Shown in pieces: positions 17,274 through 28,000 of a DNA stretch of 60,036 nucleotides. The DNA is from a virus (taxonomy: Duplodnaviria > Caudoviricetes), in the IMG/VR virus record IMGVR_UViG_3300020043_001303, positions 1 through 60,036 of that record. One strand, written 5' to 3'. The notes beneath the pieces are model-generated. The model searched no databases and was not told the DNA's origin. It worked only from the letters and a program-made list of their open reading frames with translations. The position numbers and the translations under genes were made by a program. Numbering within the stretch: position 1 is the stretch's first letter; every line of letters starts with the position of its first letter.

Positions 17274-17683
17274 CCGATACGGGATCATTAGTAGAAGCGT
17301 ACCTGACGATTCGCCGTCAACGTGAAAAGCTCAAGTCAGAATTTGAGGCGCAAGATGAAACGCTCAAAGCTGACATGGAGCAGATCGAAGCGGCACTCCT
17401 TGCAATTTGCAATGAGGCGAACGTGAATGGTTTAAAAACAGAACATGGCACTGTCACGCGACAGGTCAAGGAAAGATATTTTTGCACTGACTGGGATAAC
17501 TTCAGGAAGTTTGTCGAGAACGAAGGCTCGATTGATTTGCTTGAACGCCGTATCCATCAGCGCAACTTCAAAGAATTTATGTCCGAGCGAGTGGGAGATG
17601 GATTACCGCCCGGTGTAAATGCCCTGCGTGAGTACGACATTGTTGTACGCAAGGCTTCTTCAACCAGTGAAACTTTAGTTTAA
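17270..17683 (+). CDS. conserved phage replication-module protein
   Basis: Coiled-coil N-terminus then KTEHGTV...DWD.F..F......LLERRI....F......LPPG. Confidence 0.7.
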   Translation: MTDTGSLVEAYLTIRRQREKLKSEFEAQDETLKADMEQIEAALLAICNEANVNGLKTEHGTVTRQVKERYFCTDWDNFRKFVENEGSIDLLERRIHQRNFKEFMSERVGDGLPPGVNALREYDIVVRKASSTSETLV

Positions 17684-17701
17684 ATTTAATTAGGAAACAT
17701 C

Positions 17702-18565
17702 ATGAGTAATGAACTCGCAAATATTTTTCAAAACGCCGGTGGTTTGATGGAATTGGGTCTCGACGAGGACACACTCGCCGTAGCCGGTAATGCCACAAAA
17801 GGCAACAAGCGCATTTCAATCGAGGGTCGCGTATTCCGCAAGATCGTCGGTGGTAAAGAGCAAAGCGTCAACACTGACAACTCTATGAACGTCATCATCG
17901 TCAAGATGGCCCATGACGCATCGCGCACCTTCTATAACTCTACCTACAAGAAGGGTGTGAAGTTGGCCCCTGCTTGCTGGTCAAACGACTCGAAGACACC
18001 TGACCCCGAGGTTAAATCTCCTTGTGCCGCAACTTGCGCTGAGTGCCCCAACTCAGTCAAGGGTTCAGGTCAAGGCGGTCAAGGTACTGCATGCCGTCTC
18101 TCTTGGAGAGCCGCCGTTGTATTGCCTAATGATCCTGATGGTGATGTGTATCAGTTGGTGTTGCCAGCTACTTCTGCGTTCGGCAAAGAAGAAAGCGGTA
18201 AGTGGCCTTTCCGCCCATACATTCAAATGCTTGCTAACAACAACGTGTCTGCCGGTCGCGTTGTGACCAAGATGCAGTTTGATATTAACTATCCTGTACC
18301 ACGCTTGCTGTTCTCTCCTGCATCCGCAGTGCCTAGCGAATTGCGTGATGTGATTGTGCGCCAAGGTAAGACACCTGCCGCTGAAAACGCAGTCAAGTTG
18401 TCTGTGTTCAAGACTGACGGTGTTGAAGAAACTGAAGCGCCAGCACAGCCCGCCGCGCTCGCTGAAGCTGTTCCAGAACCCGTGAAGCGTGCATCCACAG
18501 CTAAAGCATCTGCTGAAGCCCCTGAAGATGTCAGCGACATCGTTAAGAAGTGGACTAAGAAGTAA
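17702..18565 (+). CDS. putative single-stranded DNA-binding protein
   Basis: Position between helicase and primase; CWS.D...C..CP...GSG...ACR; Ala/Glu-rich flexible tail. Confidence 0.55.
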   Translation: MSNELANIFQNAGGLMELGLDEDTLAVAGNATKGNKRISIEGRVFRKIVGGKEQSVNTDNSMNVIIVKMAHDASRTFYNSTYKKGVKLAPACWSNDSKTPDPEVKSPCAATCAECPNSVKGSGQGGQGTACRLSWRAAVVLPNDPDGDVYQLVLPATSAFGKEESGKWPFRPYIQMLANNNVSAGRVVTKMQFDINYPVPRLLFSPASAVPSELRDVIVRQGKTPAAENAVKLSVFKTDGVEETEAPAQPAALAEAVPEPVKRASTAKASAEAPEDVSDIVKKWTKK

Positions 18566-18900
18566 TGGCCCGTACATACAGCCCCGAACTACTAAGCATT
18601 GTTGATACGACAGAGGGGGACAATGTGGGCATCACGCTTGCGAAAGCGTGTATCGAAGCCAACTTGCCTGCCGCTTATGTGTCAGAGATTCTCGGTGTAT
18701 CACGCATGGGTATTCATGCGTGGTTTCGGGGCGGGTATGTGCGCAGTGGTCGTCGTGAAAAAATCAGGTTGTTTCTGGAACTTTTAAAGGAGGACACTGA
18801 CACGGGGCTCTTGCCAGCCAAGAACCTCAAAGAAGCCCGTACATACACCGAGAACATCCTCGGTCGCGCAGTTACCACAGCTTCTAAAAAGTCGGGTTAA
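18565..18900 (+). CDS. HTH DNA-binding protein
   Basis: VSEILGVSRMGIHAWFRG Cro/C1-like HTH. Confidence 0.65.
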   Translation: MARTYSPELLSIVDTTEGDNVGITLAKACIEANLPAAYVSEILGVSRMGIHAWFRGGYVRSGRREKIRLFLELLKEDTDTGLLPAKNLKEARTYTENILGRAVTTASKKSG

Positions 18901-18917
18901 TAGCCCATATTGTTTTC

Positions 18918-18943
18918 AGGCGAGGCCGGACCTCGCCTTTATT
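18918..18943 (+). terminator. intrinsic terminator
   Basis: AGGCGAGG-CCGGA-CCTCGCCT followed by TTATT. Confidence 0.55.
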
Positions 18944-18955
18944 GTCTCTGCGATT

Positions 18956-21838
18956 ATGAACGAACAATTTTTTGATAAGGTATTGCCAACGCAGGGCAAC
19001 ATTTGTGTAGTCGGAATCAAGGGCGAGATAGTGCGCCCTAAATTCTCAGAGTATTTGAGTGAAGCGATTGACTTCATGAAAGACTTTGATGCTGGTGACT
19101 TCAACACATTTTTTGCGCTTGGGACATTTGAAGGGTTGAATCGAAAAGCTAACGCATGTATTTTTATGCGTTCATTTTTTGTTGACCTAGACTGCGGCGC
19201 GGACAAGCCGTATGCGACTTGGGAAGACGGTCTAATCAGCTTGCATAAGTTTCTTAGCGCAACTGAACTTCCAAAACCAATCATCGTGAACTCTGGTAAC
19301 GGCATACATGCGTACTGGCCTTTCACTGCTGATATTCCAACTGACATTTGGAAGCCCTATGCTGAGAAGTTCAAACAGTATTGTTTGGACAACGGTCTCA
19401 ACATCGACGAAGTAGTTACGGCAGATGCCGCAAGGATTCTACGAGTCCCCGGAAGTCGTAACCTTAAACGCACCCCCATGCCTGTTGAAGTAATACAGGA
19501 TGCTGAACCAACTGAGTTCAGTGATTGGGAAGACTTGCTCGGCAAAGTTGAAAAGGCATTTGACCTGAACCAAGTCGAGAAAGGTCTTGATGACGAGACC
19601 AAAGCGCTGTTTGACAAGATGAACGGCAATTATGAATACGTCTTCCAGAAGCTTGCGGAGGATAGCTTAGAAGGATCAGGCTGTGCACAAATTAAATACA
19701 TTCTCGAAAACGCGGCTAGTTGTCCAGAGCCACTGTGGTACGCTGGACTATCTGTCGCCACAAGGTGTGTTGATGGCGACTCTGCCATACATCTCATGTC
19801 GGAAGACCACCCCGACTACACCCGCGACGAAACCGAACGAAAAGCAGAGCAGTCAAGAAGCGAAGCGGCTTGGGCACACAGTTGCGACGCCTTTGAGCGG
19901 GAGAACAGGGCTGGATGCGTTGGATGCCCTCACAAGGGAAAGCTCGGAAAGTCAGGGCCTATTATGCTTGCCCGATCCATCAAACTCGCAGTCGAGTACA
20001 CCGAGTCCTCTGACGGAACTTCTAGCGATGAAGGGAGCGAAGCCAAAGATGAAGCGCAACCAGATGGGGCCAAAAAGGACCCCAAGAACCTCCTAGTCTT
20101 CCCAGAGTTTCTTAAGCCATTCTTTCGTCCAATCAACGGCGGTGTGTTCTATCAGCCACCACCACGCATGAACAAGGACGGCAAGAAAATTCAAGACCCG
20201 CCTGAGATGCTGACACCGAACGACGTGTACCCCATTCAGCGTTTGTTCAGCCCCCACGATGGTGAATGCCTTATTGTTCGCCTGCACCTGCCACGAGATG
20301 CGTCTCGGGAATTTATGTTGCCGTTGAAAGACATCGGCGCACTAGACAAACTTAAAGCTACCCTGCTATCTAACGGCGTTGCATTTGAACCCACGCTCGC
20401 TCCCCGACTGGCAAGTTACTTTATGAAATGGACTAGCTATTTAATCAATACACAAAAGGCAGACATTATGAGAATTCAACAAGGTTGGACAGAAGACCAC
20501 GAATCGTTTGTTATCGGCACTCAGGAAGTATTCAAGGACGAGATCAGGCATTGCCCTCCGTCACCCATGTCCAAGAACATTGTGCGCTACATCAAGAAAA
20601 GCGGCACGTTTGAAGGCTGGCTTACGGCGGCGCGTATGCTCAACGACCCGGGCTATGAGTTCCATGCGTTTACATTACTCTGCGGATTTGCTACACCACT
20701 GATGGAGTTCTCCAACGTCAACGGCATTGTGCTCTCTCTGCATGGTGAGTCAGGTGTTGGCAAGACAGGCGCTTTGTATTCAGCCATGAGCATCTGGGGC
20801 TCACCTGAAAGTTTGACAGTCAACGACGCTACGCCCAATGCGCTGACACAGCGTATGATTACATCTAAGAATATTACGTTTGGTCTTGATGAGCAGACCA
20901 ACTTAGACGGCAAAGTGGCATCTGATGTAGTCTATAAAACTTCTGCCGGACGTCCAAAGATCAGACTCCAAGCCTCATCTAACCAAGAGCGTGAATCAGA
21001 GTTCATCACCCGACTGATTGCGATTGTCACCACAAACAACTCCTTGGTCGACATCATCTCAACATACAAGGCAAACACAAGTGCTGAAGAGATGCGTATC
21101 CTTGAGCCGTTTATGACCCGACCAAATGTGCAAGGTTATGAGCTGACTCTTGAGCGTGGCAAGGACATGTTTGATGCGTATCACTATCACTACGGACATG
21201 CCGGCGTTCCATATGCACAAGAGCTGTTGAAGCTTGGCAAGAAAGAACTGACTCGCCGTATCCACATCGAGTTCATGAATGTCGCAGACAAGTATTCAAA
21301 GAGCGGTGAGTATCGCTACATCGCCAGTCTGATTGCCAACGTGTACGTCGCAGAGCGCATTGTGAGGGAGCTTGGCTGGTTTGAGTTTGACATGGTACGC
21401 ATCATGAATGTGATCGGCGGCGCGTTCAACGACATCATCAACGGCAAGCGTAAGTCTGACTCCAATACCCGCGAAGATGTTCTGGGCGACTTCATCAACA
21501 AGAACATCCAAAATATGTTGGTTGTAAACAACGGTAAGGTTTCCACAGCGCCCCGTGGTCCTCTGTACATTCGCGCTGAAGTTGAGGAGAGCACAATCTT
21601 TGTGTCGACCTCGGCACTGAAATCCTACCTGCATGAGATCAAACTTGGTATCAAAGAGTTTGAGACACGCCTGACCGATGCCGGTATCTTGAAAGGTAAG
21701 TTGCGCAAGCAAATGGCGGCTGGATGGTCTGACGCTGTTGGCAGTACAAACGTACAAGCCTATGCTTTTGAAACTGACTTGACCCACTTAATCAAAGATG
21801 AGCAAGAAACTACCGACGGAATCAGCACCGCTGAATGA
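18956..21838 (+). CDS. Primase-helicase (AEP/RepB-like primase, Cys-rich domain, DUF927-type helicase)
   Basis: FFVDLDCG, NSGNGIHAYW, RILRVPGSRN.K, C...C..CPH cluster, Walker A GESGVGKT. Confidence 0.88.
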   Translation: MNEQFFDKVLPTQGNICVVGIKGEIVRPKFSEYLSEAIDFMKDFDAGDFNTFFALGTFEGLNRKANACIFMRSFFVDLDCGADKPYATWEDGLISLHKFLSATELPKPIIVNSGNGIHAYWPFTADIPTDIWKPYAEKFKQYCLDNGLNIDEVVTADAARILRVPGSRNLKRTPMPVEVIQDAEPTEFSDWEDLLGKVEKAFDLNQVEKGLDDETKALFDKMNGNYEYVFQKLAEDSLEGSGCAQIKYILENAASCPEPLWYAGLSVATRCVDGDSAIHLMSEDHPDYTRDETERKAEQSRSEAAWAHSCDAFERENRAGCVGCPHKGKLGKSGPIMLARSIKLAVEYTESSDGTSSDEGSEAKDEAQPDGAKKDPKNLLVFPEFLKPFFRPINGGVFYQPPPRMNKDGKKIQDPPEMLTPNDVYPIQRLFSPHDGECLIVRLHLPRDASREFMLPLKDIGALDKLKATLLSNGVAFEPTLAPRLASYFMKWTSYLINTQKADIMRIQQGWTEDHESFVIGTQEVFKDEIRHCPPSPMSKNIVRYIKKSGTFEGWLTAARMLNDPGYEFHAFTLLCGFATPLMEFSNVNGIVLSLHGESGVGKTGALYSAMSIWGSPESLTVNDATPNALTQRMITSKNITFGLDEQTNLDGKVASDVVYKTSAGRPKIRLQASSNQERESEFITRLIAIVTTNNSLVDIISTYKANTSAEEMRILEPFMTRPNVQGYELTLERGKDMFDAYHYHYGHAGVPYAQELLKLGKKELTRRIHIEFMNVADKYSKSGEYRYIASLIANVYVAERIVRELGWFEFDMVRIMNVIGGAFNDIINGKRKSDSNTREDVLGDFINKNIQNMLVVNNGKVSTAPRGPLYIRAEVEESTIFVSTSALKSYLHEIKLGIKEFETRLTDAGILKGKLRKQMAAGWSDAVGSTNVQAYAFETDLTHLIKDEQETTDGISTAE

Positions 21839-22022
21839 ACCTGAATGGCTCTTCCCCTACGAGTACATGCTTGTGGGGGAGAGTTTCTTTATCCCAACAA
21901 TGCGCCCCGCATATATGGGGTACATCATCGACACTACATCCAAGAAAGCCGGAGTAAAGATCAAAGCCTTTACTCGTAGGGAAGACGGCGTTCTTGGTGT
22001 TCGTGCTTGGCGTATCGGTTAG
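21798..22022 (+). CDS. small conserved phage protein
   Basis: FPYEYM.VGESFFIP...GVRAWR motif. Confidence 0.7.
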   Translation: MSKKLPTESAPLNEPEWLFPYEYMLVGESFFIPTMRPAYMGYIIDTTSKKAGVKIKAFTRREDGVLGVRAWRIG

Positions 22023-25000
22023 GGTTCAACACCCATCATCTTGAAGTCTTCAATGATGCCGCGCTTGACTAAGTTCTGGAAATTAACAATGTTCTTAACA
22101 GCTTCATTGCGATCTTTGGGGCTTAGTCCCGGCATGCGGCGGTAGATGTTTGCCTCTTCCCGCAGTTTCTTCAAGTCTTGGTTAACTACCTTGTTGTAGT
22201 GCTCAACCAAGAATTCGTCCATTGGGTTCTTCTCGACATATTTTGCATATGCCTCGGGATTTGCTTCCCTGAACATATTGAGTCTCTGTTGCTTAGCCAA
22301 GATTTTCTTCTCGACTTCTGAAAACTGCCGTGCGTCGTAGTTTGACGGTGCGCCAAAGAAGCTATCAAAGAACACAGTATCAGTCTTAGGATTGAATGCC
22401 TTCTCACCAGCCGCAAGCAGTCCGAAGTTGTATCCAGTCTGAGCCAAACGCATCAATCCATCGCCATAGTTATTAGCGAAGAAGTACATTGTGTTTGGAC
22501 TCCAGTCAACCGCGCCTCCTGTTATGTCGGCAAGAGTGCGAGCCGCAGTCTTATACAGCTCAGGGATTCTGTCGCCGCCTGTGTAAGCATCGCCGTAGCG
22601 TGACTGACGGTTGTTATATATCTCACGACCCAGACCGTCGATGTTCATAACCCATTCAAGGAACGGACGTGCAACGGAAGGTGTAGCGGAGTCCATCGCC
22701 CATGCTGGGAAGTTGTCTATCGGATTGATACGCGATACCGGCAGCGGCAAGAACGAGTCCAGACCTGTCGTCACGATATTGCTGAGAGCATCTTTAACGG
22801 ATGAGTTGCCTGTACCCAGCGCCATGACCTGTGCGCCAGCAGATGCGAATGCGCCAAGTCCAAAACCCCAAGGAATCTGGATTGGTGTTTCCATGCCGGG
22901 GATGTGGAAGCGAGCGTAGCGTGACCAGCGATTTGCGTCGTCAGTAGCAGTGCGGTTGCGACCCAGATCGTCATCGTCAGACAGCGCCATAGACATCAGG
23001 TATATCGCACTGCCCATACCGAGCAAGCCCAGCGTCATTGCAGTGGCGGCCTTCTTCTGATCGTTGTACTTCTTTAAGAACTCGGCACGGGCGACCTTAT
23101 CTTTCTGAATGTACTCAGGCAGTTCTTTCAGAGCCTCTTCAGGATCACGGAGCATTGGTCCTAATGATTCAATAGCGCGTACAGCGCCAGTAGCGGCTGG
23201 ACGGAAGAACATGAACGCCGCACCAGCGGCACGACCCCACTCACCGACCTGTTCAAAGTTGGCAAGGCCCTTGGCGTAAGCGGCGGCTTTAGTCTGCGCT
23301 TCAGCGGGAGAAAGGTTTTCTGCCAATGCCTGTGACTTAGCAATACGATACGCCGCAGTGCGGCTTGCCAATTCAAACATGTCAGTCCAGATGTCAACAA
23401 ACTTGTCGATCTGATCCTTGGTCTTCAAGATGCCGGTACGGTCAAGCGACTTTTGCAACTCTTTGAATTGACCCTTAGAAGAAAGACCGGCAAGGTACGA
23501 CACTTTGCCGCCCTGTTCGATGTACTCAAGCATGTCGCGTACATAGTCACTCTTATTGGCCATCGCTTTGATCTGGTCAAACTTACCGTTCTCATACAGC
23601 GATGCGACTTTAGCGGCGCGGAACAGGCCACCACTTGCTACGTCTGTAGCAATAGCACCGATGAATTGAGCGGCAGCTTTTGGCCCCATCTCAACACCGA
23701 TTGTGTAGGCGTTTGTTAAAGCGTCGCGGAAGAAGTTAACCGGCGCGAACGCTACGTTGTAACGAGTGTGCATTTGACCCACACCGCTAGTGATGTGGTT
23801 CAGCATGTCGATGATTGGCTGAGACTGCTCGTAGGTACGGCGGATAGCGTTGCGTTGCGCCTTGTCATAAATTTCAATTACATCAATACTGCCATCCTTG
23901 TTGTAATGGAAGATTACGTTTTCTTTCTTTTCTTCAGCAAGGTTCAAAGATTTGTAGCGATCTGCAAATGGAATGTTTTTAATAACTTTACCACTGAGCA
24001 ATTGATTACCGTCTTTATCCTTCTCTACAGCATTCTTAATCGCAAGAGTCACATCTTTACGACCAGCGCGCATAGCGGCGCGTGTTGCATCAGTCAACGA
24101 TTGAATGATGGAGTTATCGGCGTCAGTCTCACGACCTTCAAACGGATTTTGAACTTCTTGGTGTTCACGACCTAAGCGCTTGCTGTTGAAATCAAGCATT
24201 TGATCGGCTTCATTGGTGTACTTTTCTTTACCAGCAAAAGGCACGTAGTTATCCCAGTTGTAGAAATCCACAACACTCTGCACGGGCGCTGACCAGTAGT
24301 TAGCTTCTTTATTCAGCTCTTTCGTGGCTTCTTGCAAGTCCTGCATGGCTCTAATAACTTTATCCACTTCCTTTTTATTAGGATCATTCTCGTAAGAGTC
24401 AATAAAGTTCTGGATGGACTTAGGTGTGTAGCCACCGATGACGTTGTACTCTTCGTTGTTGCGATCAACAGACTTGTATCCGTTGGGGCTTGAGCCAGTT
24501 GGATCAACGTATTTGGCTACAACATTGTTAAGCGCAGTGCGGGCAGTTTCAATTTGTGTTTTAGTCAATTTGCCAGACAACACTTCATCCATAATGCGCT
24601 GACGGAACTCGGCGGGGCTCATGACTTCTTTGCCAACCTTCAGAATCTTGTCGTTGCTAAGCGGTACATTCATCATGTACTTCACATCACGACGCTCACC
24701 CTCGTGCAGACCCATCAGGTATACATGTAAACGCTCGGTCGCTTCCTTTGAAGTCAAACCTGAAGCCTTGGCATACGCACCGATTGCACTCTGCATCTCA
24801 CTTGCTGGAGTATTTACTCTGGTCAAGTACAGGTCTTTGGCACGAGAAGCGGCCAACGCAATCTGCGTATAGATGTTGTTGAGTTTGTCACCGCTGAAGA
24901 TAATCTTACCGGCACGGGTCAAGCCATCTTCCCAGTTCTTAATTGCATAACGGGCGTTCTGGAACTTAGTGACCAAGTTCATACCGCCTTGGCGCGTAGT

Positions 25001-28000
25001 GAACAGTCTGCGCAGCGCATTGATTCCACTTGTCTCAGGAATCTCATTACGCTTGACGGCTTCTTCAGTCGTCACATCAACTTTGTTTTTGGCCTTCTGC
25101 GTAGTTGGAGCGGCGGCTCCAGTAGCCTTGGCTGACAATTCAGACGCGGCTTCAATGCCTTCTTTACCGGCAAGGCGCTCAATACCACCTTCAGGTGCGG
25201 CAAGAATATCTTGGAAAGCGGCGGCAGCTTCTAACAGCAAGTTGCCTTTGTAACCGGGGGAACGCAGAATCTCACGGCGTAAGTTTGTAACGCCGCGCTC
25301 GTTAACCAGCTCATCTTTTAGCGGAGGAATCTCAGCTACTTCAGCTTCTTCTGGGCTATCAAACAAAGACTCAGGCGCAAGCGCTTCCTTCTCAGCAAGG
25401 TCTAGTTCACGCTTTTCTTTTTGCTCTCTTGGAGCAATAGTTTTACCTTCGGTCGGTTTCTTGGGTGCGCCAGTCTTTTCAGTTGGCATCAAGATTTTTT
25501 CACGAGTCTGTTCTGGACGGAACAGCTTGTACATGAATGCCAAAGTACCTGTGAAGTAATCCCACAAGTTATCAAACATGCTGTCGTACGAACCTTCGCG
25601 CACACCAGTCTCGCGCTCAAGTTGCAGTTCTTCAGACTGTTGTCCTGTCTTGGCTGTGGCAAAAGCTAAACGAGGTATTTGAATGCCAGCTAATTCGTTT
25701 TGGAATTCTGCGTCAGTCATTGCATAAGCAATAAACTCGTAGAGGTTGTCAAAAGCGTTGGGATATTTATCGCCAAGCTTAGCTTTAGCGGCACTCGCAA
25801 TATCAACCAAACGTTCAACAGACGCCGCTACACGCGGATCAAGCTTTGTTTTATCAGTAAAGAACTGATGGATAATTTTTACGGTAGCCGCGTGAGTCAG
25901 CTCGTGCAAAATCGTAGCTTCATCCAAACCGTAAGGGCCAACATACAGAGTGTTTGTATTGGCATCGTATTTGGCGATCTGCTCATGCACCATGTTCTTG
26001 TCGAACACGACATTAACTTTGAGGTCGGCAATATTAGCTAACTTGCCGGCCAACGCACGGAACACACCCATCGCAACAGAGTCACGAATGTTGATGACCT
26101 TACGGCGCATCACATAGGTGGGGTTGCCCTGCTTGTCAGTTTTGCCTGTCTTGACGCGCTGCATTTCATAGCCGCGCTTTAACTTCAGACCATGACCTTG
26201 TGTGCTCAGGTACTCCAACACACCTTGAATGTCGCCACGTGCAAGCTTCTTCAGAATATCAAGCGGAAGCACCTGCCCTTTACCGGCAGGTTGTGATTTA
26301 CGTGCACGCTCACCAGCGGCAAGCATTTCTTGTGTTGCACGGCTTTCTGATTCTTGCAAACTTTCACGCGAGCTTTTTGCCGCCAAGTCTTTCTGAACTT
26401 GTTTCTTTACGGCACGGAACGCCATGTCCTGTTCAAGAACGGTATCTGTCTTGTTTACATCAGCGTATGCTTTGCGTGCTTCAGGTGACAAATCACCCCA
26501 AAAAGGGAATTCATAGGAAAGGCCAGTCTTTTGACTAAACGCGCTACGCTCACGGTTATAACTCTCTCGCGCTTTAGCTTCGCCTTCAAACGTTCCTTCT
26601 GCGGCTTTGCGTGAATCACGGTAGTCAGCCAATGCTTGCACCGCTTTGTCGTGTTCAACCTGATTGTTCTGCCGAATGTTGTCACGGAAATAAACGCGGC
26701 GCTCATCGTCCTTCAATTCTTTGTAGGCAGGTAGCGGCTCTACACCTTCTTCAAGTGTGGCGTTGTATTCTTGACGAGTTTCTTCGTACAAGTCACGTTG
26801 TTCTTGTGGAGGGATGTAGCTCTTCTCTTGCTTTAGTTCTTGACCGGCAATAGTTTGTTCGCCAACGGCAGACAAGGGCTGTGTCTCACGCTCTTTCTCA
26901 AATGCAATAGCGGCGCGGATGCGCTGTCCAAAAGCCTGCTGTCCTTCACCATCACGTTGTGTTAAACCATAGCGTTTACCAAGAGCGGCAATCTGCTCGT
27001 CTTTTGCAATCTGAGCTTGGGTACGACGTGCTGTACCAACTGAAGGAAGACCATCATCTCCAAAGAGATTATTAAGCAAGTCTTCGTCTTGTTGCGCAGC
27101 GGTCTTTACTGCTGGGGCTGCGGGCTGTTTTTGTCCTTGCGCTTCTGTTTGCTGGGCTTGAGTGGTTTGAGTGCCAAGTGCTTCTCCTGTACTTACTGTA
27201 GCGGGTTCTGTTCCTTTTCCTTCAGCAACGCCTGTAGCATCCGGTCCAGTAGAAACCATTCCATCTCGTTTAGCTTCTCCAGCTCCTGCGGTGGCGGAAA
27301 CGTCGACGGCTGATTGTGGAGGTAGCGTAGTGCTCTCTCCAGCTGTTTGACTGATAAGTTTTGCAGCATCTTCCGCTCCCTTCGGTGCGACTTTGGATAA
27401 CGCATCGTCAATCTTAGCCTTAAGCTTTTCGTTTTTCTTACGTTTGCCAGTAAGGAGACCACGCTCGGAGTCTGTAAGCGTTGTGCCACGAGACTCCATC
27501 TCTTTGATTTCGGCGTCGCGTTTGTCGTACTCAGCCTGCATACCCATGATCTGTGGGCTGCGCTGGACTTCAGCTATGTCTTGTGGAGCTTGCTCTGACA
27601 CAGTACCAAGCGGCACTTCTTCAAATTCAGTGTCGATGACCGAAGGCTTGCCTTCTGTTTTAGCTTCTTTACTAGCGGCAGCTTTAGCGTCATCAACTAG
27701 AAGATCAGTTTCTTCCCGCTTCTTTTGCTCTTCTTCGCGCTGCTTGAGCGTTTCTTGTCTTAAGACTTCATCACGTATTTGTTCATCGGTCTGACGGCCC
27801 CCAACGATACCAGTTATGCCACCCATGCCAGCCGCGCCAAGCGTAGCCATCGCAGCGGTTTCGCCCAAGCCCGAAGTCAAATCACGGTCAAGGCCAGCGG
27901 CACGAGCTGCGATGTTTTGCGCAAGGCGACCACCAACTTCCTCGACGTTCTCACTAGGTGTTTCTTTGATTGCACCTGATACAGCACCACGTAAGATACC

